The notes below the pieces were generated by a model. The model saw only the letters and a program-made list of their open reading frames with translations. It was not told where the DNA came from and ran no database searches. A program made the translations under genes and the position numbers. A stretch of DNA of 63,978 bases, the filler included, from Octopus bimaculoides (Eukaryota), in NCBI RefSeq assembly GCF_001194135.2. It is 4 parts of 4 records of this genome, joined end to end, with 100 filler letters (N's around TTAATTAATTAA, not from the genome) between each part and the next. Parts side by side here need not be neighbours in the genome. Positions count along the whole stretch, not along the records: positions 32,113 to 53,540 come from NC_068993.1; positions 53,641 to 63,978 come from NC_069008.1; 2 more parts are not named here. One strand, 5' to 3'. Positions 49,761 to 60,599 of this stretch are shown piece after piece. Every line of letters starts with the position of its first letter. Positions within the stretch are counted from its first letter, which is position 1.

Positions 49761-50214
49761 CCTTTAAATCACCATTTACTGTGTTCCCCGCTTATCCACT
49801 AGAGCTAATTTATTTGATGAAGTTTTAAAATTAATTGACTTATAATTTCATGTTATTTTTTAATTTATCTGCTATTTTCTTTTTCTTTCTCCCTTGTTCT
49901 TTGATTAAATTAAGGATGGTGTATGACTTAATTTTTTCCAGCACTTTATCTTAATTGAGAGGGTGTTGTTGATATGCGTAGAAATTTTTTCTATTATAAT
50001 CCTTTCGACTATATGCGCAAAGCCCAAAATTTTGAGCTTGAGGCCAGACAATCACATCAACACTGAAAGTCGACATCGGTGGAATTTGAACTAAGAACGC
50101 GGAGACGAAGGAAATGCTGCTAAAATTATGTTACGTCACTATTTATCTATCTGTCTATCTATCTATCTATCTATCTCAAAATTCTTGACATTGATTTAAC
50201 GAAAGTGAGCTGTC

Positions 50215-50530
50215 CGGCAGCAATACAACGCAAGACCTCATATCGTTCGAACGGCCCGAAATAAAACACTAGAAATTTGAGGAAATCGAACTGAAGCCAG
50301 ACCTAGCATATAGTTCAGACATTGCTCCCTCAAATTATTACTTGTTTCAATTCATGTCTCAGTCCCTTGATTCGAAGCGCTTCATCAACCAAGGGTAGGT
50401 GGAAGCTTCAGTGAAGGAATTCTTAGCCTCGAAGAACAAAAACTGGTATCAACGTGGAATCATAGAAATGGTATCAACGTGGAATCATAGAACTGGTAGT
50501 AACGTGGCTTCAACTGGTGTAACACTATGA
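50215..50530 (+). mobile_element. Mariner transposase C-terminal fragment
   Basis: QQYNARPH...PAYSSDIAPSNYYLF...KEFLASKNKNWYQRGII; includes a short tandem duplication of TGGTATCAACGTGGAATCATAGAA. Confidence 0.75.
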
Positions 50531-50865
50531 CACTTTGAATGCTAGAGAGCTTTTGTTGTAACTTAACGAATTGTGCAAATAGAGCAAAACTTCTGAGTTA
50601 GCACAATATAAGCAGTCACACATACGCTATAAAAATTAATTACTATAGACACGCTGACGTTGAATATATTGAAGTTGCATGTGTGCACCTGTGCATACAC
50701 ATAAAGATAAATGTATACATATGAATACTCATACAGATATGTCTGGCAGTGATACATTAAGCCTCACACCCTGCCATGTAATTAAAGATAAACGCATGTA
50801 TTTAGGCACATTCTGCCCTACATAGTGAATAATACACACACACACACATACACATACACATATGT

Positions 50866-51307
50866 AGGAGTGAATGTAAGGGCAAGCAAGTTAGACAAGT
50901 CGAAATACAAAAAATACCAAATACACTTAATACCAAAAATGCATACATATGTATGCATATAAAAACGTCCGACTTACACAGAATATAAATGATGATATCA
51001 GGAATTAAAGGAGCTGAGTAAGAGGTTTACGGGCCCAACATCTGTTTCTGGAAGGTTGGTGGTCGAAGCTGGTATTATCTAATGATGGAATCAAGTTCAA
51101 AATATTATTTTCGACCACCAAGCCGCCAGAAACAGCTGTTGGACCCGTAAACCTCTTACTCAACCCCTTTAATTCCTGATATCATTTATATTCTATGTAA
51201 GTCGGACTCTTTTTATATGTAGACATATGTGCATTTTTGGTATTAAATGTATTTGGTATTTTTTGTATATCGACTTGCCTAACTTGCTTGTCTTTACATT
51301 TACTCCT
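50866..51307. mobile_element. Fold-back MITE with about 200-bp inverted arms
   Basis: AGGAGTGAATGTAAGGGCAAGCAAG...TGGTGGTCGAA pairs with TTCGACCACCA...CTTGCTTGTCTTTACATTTACTCCT (about 90%); loop about 35-40 bp. Confidence 0.8.
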
Positions 51308-52178
51308 CTACCTGCTGAAGTTCGAATCTCTTGAGCACTATAACGTGTATTCTATACAGAGAATACCTGTCTCTAATCTATATTAGATTTTTTTTACTCT
51401 TTTACACGTTCCAGTCATTTAACTGCGGCCATACTGTAGCACAGCCTTTAGTTGAAGAGATTAATACTTATTCTGTCGGTCTCTTTTGCCGAACCGCTAA
51501 GTTTCAGCTACATAAATACACCATAAATCGGTTGTCAAGCGATGGTGGGGTGCAGGGAACACAGACACAAGACACACACATAAATATATAAACATATATA
51601 CACACCAGCACTGACCAATTCCAATCCCCACATTTTCACACTTACACACACACACACACACACATGCACACGTCAAGATCACTAGCCCTCTTTTACACGC
51701 ACATACATAGTCTCTCTCACACGCGCACCTTCGTTTGGGGATCACTACTACTTTGTTATCTCCCCTTCTTCTTGGCTTTCCTGTGTGATCCTTCTGTCTA
51801 GTATTCGCCATGCTAAATCGCTAACCACTACACACACTTTTTTCTCTCCTTGTTTCTTTCTGTGTTCCTTTCTGTAGAAGAGCGTTGGCTCCAAACGTTA
51901 AAGACTTTTTCAACTCCAGAGCGTTATACTTATACGTCTGTTGTTTTTTTTTGTGAATTCTCCCTATATATATATATATNNNNNNNNNNNNNNNNNNNNN
52001 NNNNNNNNNNNNNNNNNNNNNNNNNNNNNNNNNNNNNNNNNNNNNNNNNNNNNNNNNNNNNNNNNNNNNNNNNNNNNNNNNNNNNNNNNNNNNNNNNNNN
52101 NNNNNNNNNNNNNNNNNNNNNNNNNNNNNNNNNNNTATATATATATATATGTACATGTATAGAAATATATATGTATAT

Positions 52179-53445
52179 ATTGCGCAGACTGGGACTGATC
52201 CTTAAGTCGAAATTAAATGGACAGAATAAGATCGAAGCTATCAACACATGGGAGGTTTCACTCTTTAGATATGGAGCAGGAGGACTTGCATGGACAGTAG
52301 ACGAACTAAACAGCTTAGACAGAAAGACAAGGAAGTTGCTAACTAGATATGGGTCACTCCACTCAAAAAGTGACACAGACAGACTGTATGTACCAAGAAA
52401 ATGAGGGGGAAGAGGACTTATTGGATGCGAACACAGCATTGGAGCGCAAGAAAACAACATAGCATGGTATCTAAAAAATGCCACAGAACCGCTATTATTA
52501 GAAATAGGAAGGTCAGGCTTGTGTAGGATGAAAGATTGCAAAGATAAAACATTATACAAGAAATTGAAAACGAATGAAACTGAAAATAGGTGGGTAAATA
52601 AAAGAATGCATGGTCAATTTCATAGGGATGTTGAAGATAAGACAGACAGAGAAAAAAGACGGCTGTGGATGACTAAAAGTGGTTTAAAACCGGAAACAGA
52701 GGCTCTAATCTCTGCTGCCCAAGAGCAAGCACTAAGAACAAACTACATAAAATACAGAATAGACAACACAGCAGAATGTGCTAAATGCAGAATCTGTGGA
52801 AAAAACTGAAGCTGTATGGCATATTATCAGCCAATGTACGTCAATAGTCCAGAAGGAATATAAGAGACGCCACGACAATTAAGCCAGGCTTGTCCATTGG
52901 ACACTTTGCAACAAGTATGGACTGGACAGAGCAAAACATTGGTACGACCACAAGCCTGAAAGCATCGTCGAAAATGGAAATGCAAAGATCCTATGGGATT
53001 TTATGATTCAATGCGACCATGAGACAGAGAATAGGAAGGAGGACATAGTCTTAATCGAGAAAGAAAACAAACTATGCTGGATCATAGATATAGCATGCCC
53101 AGTTCACAACAAGGTATGCGATAAGGAAGAAAGAAAAGTCGAGAGATATGACAGGTTAGCTTGGGAAGTTAAGCAGTTGTGGTCAATGAAAAAGTTAGCA
53201 GTAGTACCAATAATTGTCGGAGCCCTGGGAACAGTGAGCAAAAATCTTGAGAAGTACGTGGAACAAATAGGGGCTGTAATTATTGGGGAGCACATGCAGA
53301 AAACAGCACTGCTTGGAACCGCTCGAATACTCCGGAAGGTGCTAGAAAAATAAGAGGTGTTACTGTAGTTTACTAGTAGTGAACAGCTAACACTGTAATA
53401 CATTTCCAGCGTTAGAAGCTGTGCAAAGGCAATAATAATAATGAA

Positions 53446-53515
<70 letters not shown>
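52179..53515 (+). mobile_element. R4/Dong-clade LINE, 3' 1.3 kb with restriction-like endonuclease and (AAT)n tail
   Basis: SKLNGQNKIEAINTW, DRLYVPRK*GGRGL, MHGQF, AAQEQAL, CRICG, RRHD, KILWDF, IDIACP, VPIIVGALG, QKTALLGTARILRKVL*; tail 53431-53515. Confidence 0.9.
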
Positions 53516-53517
<2 letters not shown>

Positions 53518-53540
53518 GTACAAACCTACTTAAACTGGAG

Positions 53541-53640
53541 NNNNNNNNNNNNNNNNNNNNNNNNNNNNNNNNNNNNNNNNNNNNTTAATTAATTAANNNN
53601 NNNNNNNNNNNNNNNNNNNNNNNNNNNNNNNNNNNNNNNN
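53541..53640. other. Synthetic scaffold spacer
   Basis: Same 44N+TTAATTAATTAA+44N layout. Confidence 0.95.
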
Positions 53641-54151
53641 GACTCCAAAATTTTCAGTTTTTGCTTGTTTTTTATTCTAAAATTTTCTCCCAGCTTCATC
53701 CTTTGCTTCCATTCCCGTTTGATTTCCCATGATTTAGGGATCTCTATATTGAAATTCCTCTTACTGGCAACCCTATACATGGCTCTTTGTTGAATATCAC
53801 TTCCCCAATTTATCATCATCATTTAATGTTCGTTGTCCATGCTGGCATGGGTTGGTCACTTTGATCAGGGCTGAGTGGCTGATTTGGCATGGTTTCCACA
53901 GCCAAATCTGTATATTTATTCCTTAAGTTTTAAATACTTATGGCTTTTTCAAATGCATGAATGTAGTAAATTTGTCAAATATATAAATAAGAAATGACCT
54001 CCATAACGAAATGGAAGATACCACAAACAAACATGTGGTATAACTATGGTTTAGGGCCCTGTAACAGACTGTTTTCTCTTAACTTTCTGAAGAATTGTTT
54101 TTTATATTAAAACTAGCAGACTAAAGTTTACAAGCATCTAGATTATCTTAA
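53641..54151 (+). repeat. Paralog of the zinc-finger gene 3' flank (62700-63148), with a family D insertion at about 53812-53903
   Basis: Collinear blocks CCCATGATTTAGGGA.CTCTATA, CTGGCAACCCTA.ACATGG, ATAACTATGGTTTAGGGCCCT, TCTGAAGAATTGTTTTTT. Confidence 0.85.
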
Positions 54152-54249
54152 TATCTTAATAAAACTGAGGATAAACACTTTCCAAGGAGATTGTGATCCT
54201 TTTCAACTCCATCCTGCTTTTGTCAGGGTCACGTCCCATGTAATTAGGA

Positions 54250-55460
54250 AGGGAGTTGAATTACATGAGATGCAGTTTGGTTTTGTGCCTGGAAGAAGCA
54301 CTTCTGATGCTATCTTCCTAGTAAGGCAACTACTGGAGAATTTAGTGACTGATAAACCTCTGTACTTGGCTTTTGTAAACATGGTAAAAGCTGTTGACAG
54401 GGTTCCTCAATCCCTTATCTAGTGGTCAATGTGGAAGCTGGGAAGAGATGAGTACCATACAAGCCATGTCCAGGGATAATGTCAGTAAGGTGAAAGTTAG
54501 CAAAGAGTGTTTAACTAAATTTAATGTTCAGGTAGGAGGTCACCAAGGGTATTTTCTCAGCTCCCTCTTATTTAGTCATAGTCCTTCAGGTCATAACAGA
54601 TGAATTTAAGGCTAGGTGCTTCTAGGAGCTCCTCTAGGTCTGTGATCTTGTTCTTATAAATAATTCTTTACTAAAGTTACATAATAGGTTTCAGATGGGG
54701 ACATGTCTGGAATCAAAATGCCTTAGACTTAAGTTTGGAAAGACCAAAGTTGGACTAAGTAGGAAAGCAAACAAATTATAAATCCTTTCAAAGAGATGGC
54801 CTTGTTTGGGAAAGTGGTCTTTGAGTGTGGCAAATGTGCAAGTACAATAAACACTAAAAATGTACAAGAAATAGACTTCCTCAAATGTCAAGGGTATCTG
54901 TAGAAGTAGTAGCTTCTATTACCTAGATGAGCAAATATAATGTAGTTGTAGGGTGTTTGTCTAACAAATTACTCTGTGACCCTGCTGATGCTGGTTCCAT
55001 GTAAAAATGCAACAGTGTTGGTGCCACGAGACAACCAACCGAAGGCTCCGGTGCAAAATTCCAGAAAAATTTAAGACTGGTTGTTCATGAGAACTCCTCT
55101 ATGCTGATAACTTCATCCTTATTGTTGAAACTGTAGTAGATTCAGAAATGAAATTCCAGGTGTGGACACAAAGCCTGCAATTTAAGAGTCTTTAAGTTAA
55201 CTTAGCAAAGACCAGAGTTCTAATTAACAAGAAAACAGACAGCTCTCTAATCCATTTGGGTAAATGACCCTAGATTCTTTGTAGACAAGGTGCAGGTAAA
55301 AATTCCATATGGTGTACTCAGTGCAGACTAGGGACGCATAATAAGTGGAATGGAACTACAGGAAGGTTAACAGGGTAAGTATAATGTGTTTGTGGTAGTT
55401 GTGCAGGAGCAATAGATAATAAGAGGAGATGGGAAATAGATGTTCTGAAATGGCCAAGAG
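54250..55460 (+). mobile_element. RTE-clade LINE RT remnant (two pieces)
   Basis: EMQFGFVPGRSTSDAIFLVRQLLE...LYLAFV..KAVDRVP and ELLYADN...VNLAKT. Confidence 0.8.
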
Positions 55461-56189
55461 TCTCTAGAAATAGTAGATAATTCTGATTGCAGAGCAATGT
55501 GAAATGAAATGTTTTGCTCAAGAACACAACGTATTGTTCACTCTGGGAATAGAACCCATAATCTAGCAATTGTTAGTGTAACAACCAAACCACTAGGCCA
55601 CGCCAGTGTGGAAATTCATAAAAAAAAACATTTTACCATCAACCAGAAGTCTTAATGTTGTGGGTTTTAGCCATGCCAATAACTAATCCACTCATATGGT
55701 TCCCTTTAGGCTTTTTTTTTTAAAGTTATTTATCCTTTTCTGATGCTATCCATTTAGTTACCTTTTACAGTAGGCAGTTTACTGTCAAACTTCCTTCTAC
55801 AAATGTATTTGCACTGGAAAGGAGATACAATAGTGTATAAGAGCCTTCTAAAACCATATTTTATCTCACCATAGCTATATCTACATTGGAAAGATAACTT
55901 ATCTCAGTGACATTTTTAAAAAGGTAAGTGATTGTGGAGAAGGACGTTCTGTCCTCCAGCAATTTTGTTAAACCACAAATAAATGTGGTAAGAATGGCCC
56001 GCTCATTTGAACCTGTTTTAAGCATGTGCCTGTACACAGTGGAGAGGATGCTTATCCTAGTAGTCTGGACTGTCGTGGATTTGTGGAGTTTCCACGAGCA
56101 GTCCTAGAATGTTACCCTCTTCTGGGGAATTTTGTTGTTATAGTTGGTTAATTTTCATTGTTTCATGTAACCCCACATTCTATTTGTCC

Positions 56190-56380
56190 TATGCATGAAA
56201 TGCTTTGTGTTATTTCGCCCGTCACTATGCTCTGAACTCAAATTCTGCTGATGTCGACTTTTCTTTCATCCTTTCGGGGTTGATAAATTAAGTATCAGTC
56301 AAGTATTTGGGTCGATGAAATCGATATACCCTTTCCCCAAAATTTCAGGCCTTGTACCTACAGTAAAAAGGATTATTATT
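56190..56380 (+). mobile_element. SINE family A copy
   Basis: TTTCATCCTTTCGGGGTTGATAAATTAAGT...AAAAGGATTATTATT. Confidence 0.75.
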
Positions 56381-56391
56381 ATTATTATTTT

Positions 56392-57030
56392 CACCACAAG
56401 TTGTTTTTGGAGCTCCTGGAGCCTTCCATGTGTAGCGGGCTTGCTACCTGCAGCCTACGGTACCATGCTTATTCTCGTTGTTCGAAGGAAGCAAACCTTT
56501 TGTAACAGTTCGACTGGGCACTCTATTCCAATTTCCTTTATATTCCTCTTGGTGCCTTCTGATACTGTCCCCAAGGACCCAACAATGATTGGCACTATCT
56601 TCACCTTCTTCATTTTCCACAGCTGGGCTATTTTGTACTTAAAAGGGTTGTATTTATTTATCTTTACGCCTTCCTTCTTGACTATTTGTGGGTCAAAGGG
56701 GCATGCAACATCAACTATATAGCATTTGTGGTGCGTCTTGTCCGTCACCACTAGATCCGGTCTGTTATGCTCTAGTGCCTGATCTATTTTGATTGGGAAA
56801 TCCCAGAGAATTTTGCTACTCTCCAACTCCACCACTCTTTGCGGTCTGTGCTCATACCACATCTTGCCTCTCTCTAGCCCCCACTTTACACACAATTTCC
56901 AATGTAGCACTTTCGTTACCTGATCGTGTCGCCACAACTTGTAGTGGTTTTGAGCCAGGAAGGAAAGGCTGTTTTTATATGCCTGGTGGCCATGGCAAAA
57001 GAGGTTGTGTAGTGGACGAGAATGAAGGGG
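56392..57030 (-). mobile_element. R4/Dong-clade LINE 3' fragment (a second family)
   Basis: RHDQVTKVLHWKLC..KILWDFPI..NRPDLVV..VDVACPFD..KIVPIIVGSLGTV..LLQKVC; 3' end sits in the (TAA)n shared with the adjacent SINE tail. Confidence 0.88.
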
Positions 57031-57409
57031 CTTGAAGACAAACACTTTTCTATTTGGCCAATCCCTGATGAACTTCTTCAAGTTTCACTTGAAAACGAAA
57101 ATAGGAGTAGAGAGGGAAGTGTTGTCTTCTAGTTAGTTGGCCGAAAAGTGGATGAAAGTGGTGAGAATGGTACGAGCGAATGCCTGTAGTTGGGAAGAGG
57201 AAAGGAAACGGAAATAAAGCACCAGCCCCAAAAATCAGGGCACCCATGGTTTTTTCCATGAGCAGCCCTCGAACGTATCCTCCCTATTAAGGACTGCATA
57301 TTGTTGATCTCTTTTTTTTTTCTTTTTTCTATTTTATTAGTGTTGTTTACACGCAAATCCCTCACAGCTACACGCACGCACACACACTTCTTTTCTTTTT
57401 GTTGTTTTA

Positions 57410-57583
57410 GAGGCAGTTTGTCCGTCGCTACGTTCTGAGTTCAAATTTCGCCGAGGTCGGCTTTGCCTTTCATTCTTTCCGGGTCGATCAACTAAGTACC
57501 AGTTGCGTACTGAGGTCGATGTAAACGACTGGCCACCTCTCCCAAAATTTTAGGCCTTGTGCCTATAGTAAAAAGGATTATTA
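57410..57583 (+). mobile_element. SINE family A copy (relatively young)
   Basis: TTCTGAGTTCAAATTTCGCCGAGGTCGGCTTTGCCTTTCATTCTTTCCGGGTCGATC...AAAAGGATTATT. Confidence 0.8.
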
Positions 57584-59039
57584 TCGTTTGCCATATAATA
57601 CTTATAAAGGGAGGTAATCAGCGTCAGGTGATAGATATATCACGTATCAACGTGTAGTCTCCTACTTCCGTTTTTGTCGTTGCTTGAAATACTCTTCATC
57701 TACATTTAATACATTTATATTTCTTATAATGAACATTTATAATATAGTTCTCAACCACCACACTCATACTTCTAACACCTCTGCTTTTTAATGAACAATT
57801 TCGTAAGTATTAAGCTTTGAAAATATTCAGTGTTTCTTATTGTAGACGTTCGGCTTTCGACGCGTCGATTCTTTGTTTCTCTTCTATCTTTCATGAATGA
57901 AGATGTCTATAATTTGTGCAAGATTTGGTTGCTATTTCGGTACTACTTAAGTATAGAGGTCCCTAAAAAGTAACCTTAACCCTAACATTTCTATCCATGC
58001 ATGAGTGATGTCTATGTGAGATTTGGCTGCTATTTCTAGTTGTGGATTAGAGCTGTTTATGGTTTGTGCGAGATTTGGCTGTTATTTCTGGCTAGGGAAG
58101 CTACCTTCTATACTCTGCACCGTTGCCGCGTTAGCTTGATGTGTGTTTTAGTTTGAGAAATATTCTGAAATACACTCCAACCGCTGAAATGTTCAGAAAC
58201 CAATACTTCATTATAATTTATGGAATGTATGTTAGTGTAATTACCGATGTGCGCCCACCCAACTAGCAATTCTTTTCCCCATAACATTTTGAAAATTTGA
58301 TATTTTCTAATGAAATTTGCGACAAAAACGTTTCAGATGATGTTGGTAACAATCATTTGGCAATTTGTTGTGGAAAATATAACTTAGGTAAGTGTATAGA
58401 TAACTTATACACTTCAGATTTGTTTCCTCATAGATTTTAATAACGTAGATTACAATTATTTTGAAAATCTAATTACTTTTGAGATCTATTCCATAATTTC
58501 CTTTCTGGAATGAATTAAATGAATATTTTTTTAATGACATGACAGTTATGAGAGATATCAGTGTAATGTTATCCCCTGGTAATCTGAAAATAGATTTCAA
58601 ATTGTCCCTGGTGCAAGCCTGAATCCAATTTTAAATACCCTCCCCCCGCCCATCTTTTGTTTGATTTCCTGAAAATTGAAAATTGTCAGGTAGAGAGAGG
58701 TCCCTATATTGTAGGAGAAAAAAAAGTACCAGGGACGGGGATGGGGAATATAAATGTAAAAACACAAAATAATATGATTTCAATTTTGGGAGATAGAATG
58801 ATTTTTCAGTCGTAATTTCACAAGAATATTAACAGCGAAAAAAGTAATAATAATAAAAATATCAAAACAAGGCATAACTACAGATATGGGTCCTCATATC
58901 GAAAGCTCCACCAGGGCAAACATTCGATATAAGTACCTTTTATGTCAAAATAAGCATGAGCATTTGTTTATGTTTCTGAACAAGATCGTCGCTTTCCTTG
59001 AAAATTAAAAAAAAAATTTTACATATTTTTTGGGGGGCG

Positions 59040-59830
59040 GGGAAGGGATCTTTTGAAATCGGCGCGAAAGAGAGAGAGAGAGAGAGCGATGGATCCTGTT
59101 CAAAACGGGGGCACCAGTTTTTCATTAATGTTTTATGTAGTGTTTTTGGTACCGAAAGACTTTAAAACTTCGTTGAAAACAGTTAGCGCTGTAACGGTGT
59201 ATATCGTATTAATCCCCTAACCCTAACTCTAGAATCCGAACTCTAAAATTGTTACACACAGCGTAATTTATTATATAAACAATATATGCGTATAAATTAC
59301 GATTAAACCGGATGAAATATGTCACAGGGAATAACATTTTTATGACCGGTCAGCAGTAACTGTATTCACCTGAATAGACGTCAGTGATTGGTTGAAATTA
59401 CAGAAATACGACAACTTTAACATGAAATAACTTGCGATGTAAGTTTTTTGTTAAGAAGACTAAGAGTAAAAGATGTTTTATATGACACATTCTACCAGTG
59501 TCCCAAGTTTCAAAGTGTTTCGTTAAGAAAATACTGGTGCCCCCGTTTTAAAATAGATCCCATTTCTCAAACACATTACCGAAGTTTACCCCTCAAACTC
59601 TGCCGGCGTACATGGTGGAGGTTTCAGCTGTAAGAAGAAAGAAAGAACACTTTAATTTCACTTTGTCACAAGTGTTTCTTTGCTACTTTTATTTATCTTT
59701 TTTCAAAAGAGTTTGCTGCTATTTCTGCAGTCATATTTTTTTTGTAACTTTCAAAACAAAACAAAACAAAAACAAGAAAATACTGGTGCCCCCCCGAGTG
59801 ATTGGATCAGGGAAGTTATCTTTTGAAGTC
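59040..59830. repeat. Nested inverted/direct repeat, probable DNA-transposon remnant
   Basis: 59088-59135 is inverted relative to 59520-59567 (core AACGGGGGCACCAGT); third partial copy near 59773; short CCCTAA run inside. Confidence 0.5.
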
Positions 59831-60174
59831 GGCGTGATGGAAAAGAATTGATGGGGTGTGCAAGACAGAATGTGTGGTGTATATGTGAAGTTGTTTTGTT
59901 AGTGTGTGTAAAGAGACAGAGAGCAATGGTGCTGGTGCGTGTGAATGTAAGAGAAAGAGAGAGATAACTGAAATCTTTTATTCACTTTTTGTAGTGAGTA
60001 AATGTGTGAGCGACTGACAGAGAAAAAGAGAGAGCGCGGTTATGTATGTATGTAGGTATATATATATATATATATCATACAATGTGAAGGTGTAGCTGTG
60101 GTTTACAATTATGTAAGCTATCCACGAGATTCTGTGATGTAAATTTTAAGACATTAAAAAGTACAGTTGTTCAG

Positions 60175-60249
60175 GTAAATGTTTATTTCTAAGATTTATC
60201 TCTATAGAAATGTTTTAAATTTTGCACTGTTGAATCTTTATTATTTCAG
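60175..60249 (+). other. Candidate 75-nt 5'UTR intron of the zinc-finger gene
   Basis: CAG|GTAAAT donor and TTATTTCAG| acceptor upstream of the ATG; no transcript evidence. Confidence 0.4.
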
Positions 60250-60599
60250 AATACCAAACGACATGGGCATAACAGACGATGCATTCTCAATATTTATCAT
60301 CTTTTGAAACAGAAAGAAAATGATATACAAAGCAGATATAAACACTTTCTATGAATATGCTGTGGTTTCTGTGAAATATTTGTTCTAATCTGATATTGTT
60401 ACAAGATATTTGCACTTCACTGATTGGAGTACTAAGAAGATGAGTTTGTGTGCTGAGTAAACTTTGATACATCTACGTAAGTGTTGCTAGAGAAAGGAAA
60501 CAGTGGACAGAAATACAGCAGTGGAAGTATTTCTAAGATCAAACGATCAGAAGAAAAACAAGGAAAGTATATTTATAGTGTGATTTGAGAAGAATAATA

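Noticed and set aside
1882-53822. Many ORF-track entries rich in YI/HT/CV/LS repeats or X runs
   Set aside because: They are translations of microsatellites and N gaps, not genes.
57960-59230. CCCTAA telomere-like hexamers at about 57980 and 59216
   Set aside because: Only 1-2 units each, inside interspersed repeat; not an interstitial telomere.
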